Assembly (NCBI GenBank): GCA_040384765.1
Contig: JAZKIQ010000003.1
Location: forward strand, 1 to 51,450
From: Patescibacteria group bacterium
Lineage (GTDB): Bacteria > Patescibacteriota > Minisyncoccia > Phycocordibacterales > JBBUBG01
Length of the DNA: 51,450 nt
Direction: 5' to 3'
Numbering within the stretch: position 1 is the stretch's first letter; each line of letters starts with the position of its first letter. Positions 9,288 to 16,498 of this stretch are shown piece after piece. The notes beneath the pieces are model-generated. The model saw only the letters and a list, made by a program, of their open reading frames with translations. It was not told where the DNA came from and did not search any database. A program made the position numbers and the translations under genes.

Positions 9288-9917
9288 TCAGGTCGCAGGT
9301 GCAGCACTAGCCTCCTCCTCCGGGGCTTCTTCGTATCTCGGTTCCTTGGGAAGAGGGGGGTTTTCGCGAAAGCACTCGTCGACAGCGCTGAGGCCGAAAG
9401 CGAGGGGATCCTGGTCCTCTCGTGGAGTCAGGAGTCGCTTGTGGCCGAGCCAGATCAAGCGAAGGCGACCTTCCACAGTCTTGTCCGGACCCGGCACGAA
9501 GATTACCGTATGATATCGCCCCTGGATCTCGGAGAGCGTCTTGAACTCGCCCCGGCTCACCTCCCCGGCAAACGAGTGCTGATGGAAAGCCTGGCAAAAG
9601 CCAAAGACGTCCGGCAAACCTCGCTCATGCACGATCAGCCGAACACCTCCCTTGTTGTACACGTAGTTCACCGTTGCACGGTCCAGGTTGTAACTCACCG
9701 CGAAGATCGCGATGTGCAGGTCCCGATCGAGCTCGGTTTTCGTATTCCCCGTCTCGTGTTCGGGGTTCGGCAGGCCGAGCTGGAGCAGCGCTCCACCGAC
9801 CGCGGGGACACAGTGCACCTCGCTGCCGTAGCGATCTTTGATCGCCTTGTACAGCTTGTCCTTCGTCTCCGAGGTCGGCCCCGTAATAGCGAGTCGCCTC
9901 GTCTCGTATCTATCCAT
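9288..9917 (-). CDS. Orphan hypothetical protein
   Basis: AAGGAG SD before MDRYETRR; own promoter and hairpin-rich leader. Confidence 0.7.
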   Translation of the reverse strand: MDRYETRRLAITGPTSETKDKLYKAIKDRYGSEVHCVPAVGGALLQLGLPNPEHETGNTKTELDRDLHIAIFAVSYNLDRATVNYVYNKGGVRLIVHERGLPDVFGFCQAFHQHSFAGEVSRGEFKTLSEIQGRYHTVIFVPGPDKTVEGRLRLIWLGHKRLLTPREDQDPLAFGLSAVDECFRENPPLPKEPRYEEAPEEEASAAPAT

Positions 9918-10086
9918 CGCCTCTCCTTGTTCATCTCCCCCAGATCTATACCCTCCGCAGGATACCTGAGGCGAGCTCCCTTGGAAAGCTCTGCTGGTCG
10001 ATTGGTGCCGCGTGAGTGAATCGAACACTCTTCAGACGCTCTTCAGGCGTCTGCTTTACCGTTAAGCTAACGCGGCTTAGGCATCT

Positions 10087-10115
10087 ATACTACAAAACTT
10101 TCCTCGTTCTATCAA
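10087..10115 (-). promoter_or_regulatory. Sigma70 promoter for ORF 9288-9917
   Basis: TTGATA-N17-TAGTAT on the - strand. Confidence 0.5.
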
Positions 10116-10152
10116 CTTCTGCTCCTTTCTTCTTCCGTCCCGAATTTTTGAG

Positions 10153-10446
10153 CTACTGGCCCTGCTGCCCGATATATTTCTCCGCCTGGGCGCGGAACTG
10201 CTCAAATAGTTTTTGAGAAAACTCCTCACTTGTTTTGCCAGGGTTCGCCGCGGCCTCCTTGATCGGCTCAATAAAGGGCTGGATATAATAGTAGGCGCCC
10301 ACGGCAGAGCCGATGATGATTGTGTAGTAGATAAGGCGCCCAACACGAGCCCAGCGGGCTCCACTGACAAGCTTCTGGAGCATCCTGTTGTTCTCCTTTG
10401 TCGCAGCAAGAAGCTCGTCTATTTTTCTGTCTTGAAGATCAGCCAT
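10153..10446 (-). CDS. Single-TM hypothetical protein
   Basis: ENNRMLQKL..ARW..LIYYTIIIG..GAYYYIQP; TACACT 6 nt upstream of ATG. Confidence 0.75.
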   Translation of the reverse strand: MADLQDRKIDELLAATKENNRMLQKLVSGARWARVGRLIYYTIIIGSAVGAYYYIQPFIEPIKEAAANPGKTSEEFSQKLFEQFRAQAEKYIGQQGQ

Positions 10447-10460
10447 ATATATAGTGTATC

Positions 10461-10494
10461 AAAAAAATAGCCGCCCGAGATGTGCCCGGGCGGC
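10461..10494 (-). terminator. Terminator closing the ribozyme-containing operon
   Basis: GCCGCCCG...CGGGCGGC stem followed by TATTTTTTT on the - strand. Confidence 0.75.
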
Positions 10495-10513
10495 AACGAA
10501 CGATCGAAATCTG

Positions 10514-10729
10514 TTATTTCGAAAACTTCGAGCTGATCCAGTACGCGAGCCCCATAAAGATCGTGATCTTGATCCCATGCAGCTCAACGAACTTTCCAGC
10601 ATCGGTGCTGACCGCTGTGTACAGTGGCCCTGCGTAGCTCGGGAAAAACATATGCCCGAGCACGAGGAGGGCAATCACTGTCCAGAGCAGTGCGCTCTTG
10701 AACAGCTTTTCCTCGAAAAATTCCTTCAT
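10514..10729 (-). CDS. Small two-TM orphan protein (71 aa)
   Basis: AAAGGAGG SD before MKEFFEEK; two hydrophobic segments. Confidence 0.7.
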   Translation of the reverse strand: MKEFFEEKLFKSALLWTVIALLVLGHMFFPSYAGPLYTAVSTDAGKFVELHGIKITIFMGLAYWISSKFSK

Positions 10730-10940
10730 AGGACCTCCTTTCCCGAGCAGGTACTCCTGCTTAGGGCTTTCATATTCCAACCCTGCAATGAGACCATCTC
10801 AAGAGAGAGATCAAGACGGTCTCGTTGCAGGATTTGAATTTTCCAAGCACCAGCCTTCGATCAAAAATCAAAAGCTTGTAATTGGAGAGCTGCCGAATCT
10901 CCTTTCGAATTTTCACGCAGCTCTTCGAGGAAACGTCCTC

Positions 10941-11267
10941 TTACGGAAGAGGAAGCATTCCTCCTGTACCAGGCGGGGGGACCGGTGTACCAGGCGGCAG
11001 GATCGGTGCACCCGGCGAGATAACCGGAGCGTGTGCCGGCATCGGACAGAGGATCGCAGCTGACCCACCCACGTCGCACGCCGTCGCGTTCGCGCTTGCT
11101 CCTGCGACCGTCGCAGGGAACCAGCAGCGGATGACCGTTCGCTCGGCCGCGCTAACGCACAGTCCGCAAGAGCGATCGTGCTTCGCCTTCTTCACGCGCT
11201 TGCGAGCGGCGAAGAGGGGGCTGGTCGACACGAGGATGAGGACGAGGCACCAGACGAGCATGCGCAT
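10941..11267 (-). CDS. Secreted Cys-containing orphan protein with Pro-rich tail
   Basis: AAAGGAG SD; signal-peptide-like N-terminus; PG..PPG repeats. Confidence 0.65.
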   Translation of the reverse strand: MRMLVWCLVLILVSTSPLFAARKRVKKAKHDRSCGLCVSAAERTVIRCWFPATVAGASANATACDVGGSAAILCPMPAHAPVISPGAPILPPGTPVPPPGTGGMLPLP

Positions 11268-11423
11268 GGCATACTCCTTTCCCGGAATGACCGGATTAAT
11301 TTTTTATGAACATCGGATTCAGTCCGAGCCGAGCACCATCTTTCAATGATGCTTGGCAAAAGACTGCGGAGGATGGATGTTTTTACACATCCCCGTCCGC
11401 AAGCGATCCACTTCGAGGTGGGA

Positions 11424-11708
11424 TCAACTACCTCTCTTCTTGGGCCCGCCTCCCCCGCCACCTCCACCGAACCCAAGTCCCTTGAAGAGGAACTTGAACG
11501 CGTAGGCAACGATGAGGCAGCCGACCACGAACCAGACGATCTCCCAAACGAGGGGACCGAGCCGGAGCCAGAACTGGTTCCAGAGGTGAATGCCGCCACG
11601 CGAGAGACGCGTGGTCACCACATTCACTCCCTTCTCGAACCCGAGTGGGTCGAGCACCATCCATGCACCGAGCGAGAGCACCGCGATCAGGATCAAGCGA
11701 TTGCGCAT
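11424..11708 (-). CDS. Two-TM orphan protein with poly-Gly/basic tail
   Basis: GAAGGAGG SD; ends GGGGGGGGPKKRGS. Confidence 0.7.
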   Translation of the reverse strand: MRNRLILIAVLSLGAWMVLDPLGFEKGVNVVTTRLSRGGIHLWNQFWLRLGPLVWEIVWFVVGCLIVAYAFKFLFKGLGFGGGGGGGGPKKRGS

Positions 11709-11710
11709 GA

Positions 11711-12043
11711 TTACTCCTCCTTCGACTCCTCAGCGTTGTGCTTCTGGAGATTGTTGTCGACCTCATGGAGACCCTTGATGATGGCATCGATCTGATCGGC
11801 CACCCTGTTAGTGTCCAGAGCCACCATGGAATCCCTCCGAAGGAGAGCTTCCATGGTCACTTCGAGCTGCTCGATGGTCATGAACTGCGGCGGGCAGAGT
11901 GAGGTCCGATAGCAGTACTGGGCGCTATTGTACTTGTTGAGCATCCTCTCGAGCGCGGTGGCAGATTCTGCCTCCACGATCGCGAAAGACTTCTCAAGGC
12001 ACCCGTGGACCAAGTCCATCTGATGCACCATGAACCTCGGCAT
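11711..12043 (-). CDS. Orphan protein, probable paralogue of 12064-12285 with coiled-coil extension
   Basis: AAGGAGG SD before MPRFMVHQ. Confidence 0.7.
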   Translation of the reverse strand: MPRFMVHQMDLVHGCLEKSFAIVEAESATALERMLNKYNSAQYCYRTSLCPPQFMTIEQLEVTMEALLRRDSMVALDTNRVADQIDAIIKGLHEVDNNLQKHNAEESKEE

Positions 12044-12063
12044 AGGTTCCTCCTTGTCGAAAT

Positions 12064-12285
12064 TTATGCACGGTCCTTCTGATCTCGATCTCGCACCAAC
12101 GACTCGAGCTCTGAAAGAGAAACGCATTCCGTAGGCATTGGAATAGCCTCGTAGTCGAATTCCCTTCGGCAGTAGCTCCGCAGAAGATTCATCACATGAC
12201 TCGCCGAAACGGCCTCAATCACCGCGATGATATTCTGCTTCCTACTACCCCAGTTCTGAGTCTGAACAACGAGAAACTGAGCCAT
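12064..12285 (-). CDS. Orphan protein (73 aa)
   Basis: AAAGGAGG SD before MAQFLVVQ. Confidence 0.7.
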   Translation of the reverse strand: MAQFLVVQTQNWGSRKQNIIAVIEAVSASHVMNLLRSYCRREFDYEAIPMPTECVSLSELESLVRDRDQKDRA

Positions 12286-12310
12286 GCTGGCCTCCTTTCA
12301 GGTGCTTCTT

Positions 12311-12423
12311 GTTGAACCCCAAACTGAATTTTGAACTGCACTACCACTGTCGGTCATACAATACTGCGCGGTGCTAAAAAGCATCGTACGCGCGGACTTT
12401 CAAAATTCAGTTCGGGGTTCAAC
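12311..12423 (-). ncRNA. Repeated structured RNA motif, copy A (family unknown)
   Basis: 25-bp closing stem with core GAACTGAATTTTGAA/TTCAAAATTCAGTT; inner GCGCG-TACGA-hairpin-C-CGCGC; homologous to 14980-15071. Confidence 0.6.
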
Positions 12424-12526
12424 TATTCAAAGAACTCTAGTGAAAAGCGAACGTCTGTTCCCTTTTCTCATAAAGCTGGCGAGAGGTATGAAACTCTCGC
12501 CGTGCGCGGGCTATCCGGCGCACTAC

Positions 12527-13039
12527 CTACTCGGTGCGGATAAGCACCGACGGCCCCAGGATCTGCACCCGCTCTCTGCGGCGCTTCTCCCGGCGCTCCT
12601 TCTCACCGATCAGCACGTTGAGCTGCCGGGCCCGAGCCTTCAAGGCCAAGTTCTGCCAGAAGAGGATCAGGTAGATCTTCTTCTGCACGGCGTTGGTCCG
12701 CTCGATGAACTCGAGCGCCGGCGCGATCTCCGCGTCGGCCGGCGCGATCTCCGCGTCGGCCCGCACCCTCTTCACGAGCGGCACGAACCGATTGCTGACC
12801 CGCTCCGCGAACTTCTCGAAGCGCGGCTGCTCCCGCTCCATGATCCTCGCCAGGCGTCCTTCGAGACGCTTGCTCGAGCTCGCCCGGAGGCGGTCGAGGT
12901 CGAGGCCATGAAAGAGGCGCTCGTAGCACAGGAGCGTCACCGTCTCCTCCGCGACCACCGTCTCGATGGGGGTGTACCCATGAGCCGACGATGCGAGGGC
13001 GACCGAGATGAACAGCACTGCGAACATGAGCTTCTTCAC
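12527..13039 (-). CDS. Secreted helical orphan protein
   Basis: AAGGAG SD before GTG; MKKLMFAVLFISVALASSAHG signal peptide. Confidence 0.72.
   Translation of the reverse strand: MKKLMFAVLFISVALASSAHGYTPIETVVAEETVTLLCYERLFHGLDLDRLRASSSKRLEGRLARIMEREQPRFEKFAERVSNRFVPLVKRVRADAEIAPADAEIAPALEFIERTNAVQKKIYLILFWQNLALKARARQLNVLIGEKERREKRRRERVQILGPSVLIRTE
12717..12758. repeat. Exact in-frame 21-bp tandem duplication
   Basis: GCCGGCGCGATCTCCGCGTCG x2, encoding ADAEIAP twice. Confidence 0.9.
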
Positions 13040-13281
13040 GAGAACGCTCCTTCCCGATGCGCGAAGCATCGGATCATTCCACCCTTCCTGCAGATTTTGC
13101 ACGGAGGAGTTTGGAAGCGTGGCCTCAATTTTTGAGATAACGATTCCAAACTCCTCCTTCAAAGAACATCTTTCAGGACCTACGATCCTTTCAGATCACA
13201 AATCCATTCAAGACGGACAGGTGGGCATTTTTCATGCGAAACACCTGTCCGTTACCTCTACTTCTTGCCTACCTGCTTTTC

Positions 13282-13452
13282 CTAGTTGCGACGCGTGCTC
13301 CGGGACGAGCTATCGGATCCCTTCCAGATGGAATCCATGTATCGCGACCCAATGCGCTGATGCTCCAGCTGCTTGCCGGGGCAATCCTCGATCGGATCGG
13401 AATCGTCATGGTTCTGGAAATGCACAACGCCGCAGATCTCGCACACGTTCAT
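13282..13452 (-). CDS. Small orphan protein with CxxC...H...C (56 aa)
   Basis: MNVCEICGVVH...EDCPG; GAGG upstream. Confidence 0.5.
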   Translation of the reverse strand: MNVCEICGVVHFQNHDDSDPIEDCPGKQLEHQRIGSRYMDSIWKGSDSSSRSTRRN

Positions 13453-13708
13453 TTCTCGTTTCCTCACAGTTACAGTTACGGTTAGTAGGTATGCAACAGT
13501 AGGCAACTCAGGCGACTATTCTTATTTTATTGAGAACTATTCCGGTGCTTAGAGCTCCAGAGCTGGTTCGAAACTATTGTTTTCGAATTCAGCATACGAA
13601 GTTCAAGCTCTCCACCTACAGAACGCGAAACTCGTGCTTCGCATTCTGATGAGTGGGACGCATTAGTTTTACAACGCTCGTCCCGACGTTGCTCCTTTCA
13701 GAGAGTTA

Positions 13709-14092
13709 CTATTCCTTCCACTCCGGTTCCGACCAGTCGGTCACGAATCCGATTGCGGTTTCCTTCTTCTTGAGGAGAGCATCGCCCTCTTCGAGAGAAA
13801 GCGGAATCCGCTTCTCGTATTCCCGACCCTCTAGGCCGACGTAATGTCCGCCTTCGAGGAGTTCGTACCAGTCCCAAGACCCCTGCTTCAAGCGTTGGAT
13901 CCGAAACCGTACCGGCATCTGGTCAGGGCTGACCTCGTGCCATTCGGCGCACACAATGCTCTCCACGTAGACAGAGGCGGCAGGTCGAGTCATGACCCGC
14001 TCCTCTGCTTCGAGAGCAAGCGCGTCGAGCGTCCACACATGTGCCAGCACCAGAAGGGTCAATGCAACGACGATCGTGATGTTTCTCATCAT
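13709..14092 (-). CDS. Signal-peptide/TM orphan protein
   Basis: MMRNITIVVALTLLVLAH hydrophobic start; GAAGGT upstream. Confidence 0.65.
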   Translation of the reverse strand: MMRNITIVVALTLLVLAHVWTLDALALEAEERVMTRPAASVYVESIVCAEWHEVSPDQMPVRFRIQRLKQGSWDWYELLEGGHYVGLEGREYEKRIPLSLEEGDALLKKKETAIGFVTDWSEPEWKE

Positions 14093-14114
14093 ATTCGTGT
14101 CACTTACCTTCGGG

Positions 14115-14282
14115 CTAGAGCATGTCAGACATGGTCTCGGATGCCACCGCGCGGCGCTTCGAGTCGATTTCGCGGACGAGATCCTTGCAGATGACCTTGC
14201 GGCCAACCGGACCGTCCTTGAATTCGACATCGAGGCGAGCGAGGAGGTTCTGGGCGTAGCGGTACGTGCGATTGGTGTTCAT
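14115..14282 (-). CDS. Small orphan protein (55 aa, not in ORF track)
   Basis: AAGGAG-N6-ATG; MNTNRTYRYAQNLLARLDVEFKDGPVGRKVICKDLVREIDSKRRAVASETMSDML*. Confidence 0.65.
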   Translation of the reverse strand: MNTNRTYRYAQNLLARLDVEFKDGPVGRKVICKDLVREIDSKRRAVASETMSDML

Positions 14283-14424
14283 GTCGTGCTCCTTGTTTGG
14301 GAAAAGAGCGCGGCAACTTCATGGTACTTCTGCTGCGTCGTGTGCTGCATACTTCTGGCGCAGGTAAGCGCCAACTACTACGGCAACTGCAACTTCTACT
14401 ACCACTACAAAACAACTACTCGCA

Positions 14425-14520
14425 CTAACCCTGGTGCACCACGGCGGCGAAAGCCGTCATGAGCACCGTGGCCACCACCCAGAAGGGCGGCAGCAACTCC
14501 AGCGCTACGATCTTACTCAC
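14425..14520 (-). CDS. Small hydrophobic peptide (~31 aa), start uncertain
   Basis: GAAGGAGGTGA then SKIVALELLPPFWVVATVLMTAFAAVVHQG*; directly 3' of hammerhead 2. Confidence 0.4.
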   Translation of the reverse strand: MSKIVALELLPPFWVVATVLMTAFAAVVHQG

Positions 14521-14538
14521 CTCCTTCAATTTGTTCAA

Positions 14539-14611
14539 GAGCAACTGTTTCGTCCTTTCGGACTCATCAGGCGGAACGTCGTATTGACGTAAATTCCGCG
14601 ACAGGTGGCTC
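14539..14611 (-). ncRNA. Type III hammerhead ribozyme (HHR2)
   Basis: CUGUC^GCGGAA-(UUUA bulge, CGUC/GACG)-UUCCGC-CUGAUGA-GUCC-GAAA-GGAC-GAAA-CAG; complete core, GUC triplet, cleavage predicted between 14600 and 14599. Confidence 0.93.
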
Positions 14612-14639
14612 GCGAGAACCCGAGGGTTCCCGCCAGCCG

Positions 14640-14771
14640 CTACTCTTCCATGAGTTCTTTAATACGATGGTCCCGTCGCTCTCGGGGCGTCATGTTCGCG
14701 AGCCTCCAGAGGCTCACCGACATTTTCACCATTCCGATCGCGAGCGACCCGACCGCGACTACAGCCAGCAT
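14640..14771 (-). CDS. Small TM peptide (43 aa) or frameshifted 3' part of 14759-14941
   Basis: GGAG-N6-ATG; MLAVVAVGSLAIGMVKMSVSLWRLANMTPRERRDHRIKELMEE*. Confidence 0.45.
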   Translation of the reverse strand: MLAVVAVGSLAIGMVKMSVSLWRLANMTPRERRDHRIKELMEE

Positions 14772-14941
14772 GCCATTCTCCGAGCAACCGTCGGGTTGCC
14801 CCAGGTGGTCATGCGCCGCTCACTGCTCTTTTCCCGCTCGACACGCACCAGGTGCGCTTCGAGGGAGATGCGCGCGAGCATCTGTCCACCGAGCCACCCA
14901 AACGCGATCAGTACCGGCGAGAAGATCAGCACGATTGTCAT
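14759..14941 (-). CDS. Small TM orphan protein (60 aa)
   Basis: AAAGGAG-N6-ATG; MTIVLIFSPVLIAFGWLGG hydrophobic start. Confidence 0.6.
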   Translation of the reverse strand: MTIVLIFSPVLIAFGWLGGQMLARISLEAHLVRVEREKSSERRMTTWGNPTVARRMACWL

Positions 14942-14979
14942 CTCAATCTCCTTTGTCAGAAAAACTACAGCTCCCGATG

Positions 14980-15071
14980 CGGAGTCCCGAACTGAATCTT
15001 GAAACCTAACGGCTGCGCAGTGGAAAAATTTCCATCGATATGCGCTATTCAAAACTCAGTTCGAGACTCCG
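14980..15071 (-). ncRNA. Repeated structured RNA motif, copy B (family unknown)
   Basis: 24-bp closing stem with core GAACTGAGTTTTGAA/TTCAAGATTCAGTTC; inner GCGCA-TATCGA-hairpin-C-TGCGC. Confidence 0.6.
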
Positions 15072-15085
15072 TTTTTAATGTTCTT

Positions 15086-15136
15086 CTGCTTTCGCTCTTT
15101 CGAGCTCATCAGTCGGGATACACATCCCGAGAGCAG
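15086..15136 (-). ncRNA. Type III hammerhead ribozyme (HHR1)
   Basis: CUGCUC^UCGGGA-UGUGUA-UCCCGA-CUGAUGA-GCUC-GAAA-GAGC-GAAA-GCAG; all three stems pair; cleavage predicted between 15131 and 15130. Confidence 0.93.
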
Positions 15137-15193
15137 TCGGTATCTATTGGAGACACCGCGAGACTTTATAGAGTTTCTCGATCTCTTTTAGTG

Positions 15194-15766
15194 CTAGTAG
15201 TTAGCGAGCAGCGCGAACGGGGAGGTCCGGTCTTCCTCGATGTGGACATCGCGAACGATGTCCACGAGCGTGAAGTTCCGGTTCTCGACCACCCTGGACG
15301 GGAGCCCCATGAAGGAGCTCTCCCTCCCGGTGGCCGTGTCCCACTCGAGCGTGACTTCGAGGGTTTCGGCATCGACAGTTGCCTGGAACCAGCGACCAGT
15401 GGTCGCAGCACCATCCCAGCGGAGGATGGAAACCGTTCCAGTGGTAAATACATGTGCATTGATCCACCAGCTGCTTGCCGATGAGAAGCCGAGCATCGCT
15501 TGCTCAGCCAACTTCGTGAGTGCCGTCGGCAAGTCCAGCTTCCGGTAGATCGCTTCCCAAAGGGCTTCGTCGTACCGCCCCTGGATCCCCACGCGAAGGA
15601 ACTGGTCCAAACCGAGGCGTACCGCTTCGGCCCCGACACCAATCGCCCTTCCATGGGTAGCGACCCCCGTCTCGATCTCTTCTCCGTCACTGATGACGTC
15701 GAAGAAAGAAGTCGGGAGGCTTGCGAAGCGGACTGCGGACTGGGCACCATTCTGGATTGCGTTCAT
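15194..15766 (-). CDS. Orphan protein (190 aa), first gene of the ribozyme operon
   Basis: GGAG-N7-ATG before MNAIQNG; long open frame. Confidence 0.7.
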   Translation of the reverse strand: MNAIQNGAQSAVRFASLPTSFFDVISDGEEIETGVATHGRAIGVGAEAVRLGLDQFLRVGIQGRYDEALWEAIYRKLDLPTALTKLAEQAMLGFSSASSWWINAHVFTTGTVSILRWDGAATTGRWFQATVDAETLEVTLEWDTATGRESSFMGLPSRVVENRNFTLVDIVRDVHIEEDRTSPFALLANY

Positions 15767-15774
15767 GATCATTC

Positions 15775-16492
15775 TCCGTGGTCGCTCTGCGACCGACAAT
15801 CGAAAAAAGTTTCAAACAATCCTCTATAGCTATGGCGAGGCGAACTACAAACTAGCACTTGGAAATGTACTACCCGGATACCATGTCCGAGAGAAATCTA
15901 GGCAGAAGCGCGAGGATCCAAATTTTAAATAATTGATCTCGGGTCCGCCCAGGTTTCTCTCCTCAATCACACCCGCCACAAGCTTCGCAAGTTGGCGGAT
16001 TATTTTTCGTATACGAAAAATAAAAAGCGATTGAGATCTACCTTTAGAAAAAGATATGCCTCAATCGCTCTTCGATTCGTTGTCCCGAATCAAGGCGAAG
16101 GTTTGGCTCTCTCTTTCCAAAACTTCATATTTAGTTTTCAAATTTCCTACCCCCACTCGAGTAAACGAACTATTTCATTTACTCGATAAGGGGAGGGGGT
16201 CATGAGCGGCGCGCGGCGTTGTGAAAGTCGAATGCGCGCCGAATCACTCCCCCTCGTCGATCGAACAAAGTTGTCGATCCGTCAACCATACTCAGAATTC
16301 AAAGGAACCTCCTCTGTAAAATTCCCTGTACAATACAGTATCCGCGAATCGGCATTTGGTACGGGGGCTTCCCTTCTGGACCCTTAAAGTTTCCTTCAAA
16401 GGTGGAGCGAGCCGTCCTACGCCGCGCGATGTGGGGAGCTGGTCACTAGGTGGGCATCGGTCGCCCATCCCTCAACCTGACCTTATCCCTAC
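15775..16492 (-). ncRNA. ~720-nt hairpin-tiled non-coding leader (putative large structured RNA)
   Basis: No convincing ORF; more than ten consecutive stem-loops; starts just after a strong promoter. Confidence 0.5.
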
Positions 16493-16498
16493 ATGAGT

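Noticed and set aside
10014-10055. Minus-strand CTGAAGAG twice as a hammerhead core
   Set aside because: No GAAA after the putative stem II; these are simple leader hairpins.
12311-12423. Invertible DNA switch
   Set aside because: Arm mismatches are strand-specific G-U pairs, the interior covaries with copy B, and no recombinase is nearby; an RNA structure fits better.
13619-13690. Plus-strand CTGATGAG (13646-13653) with a nearby GAAAC as a third, opposite-polarity hammerhead
   Set aside because: No GAAA follows a stem II and stems I/III cannot be formed; the sequence is better explained by a CAGAA-GCGAA/TTCGC-TTCTG hairpin.
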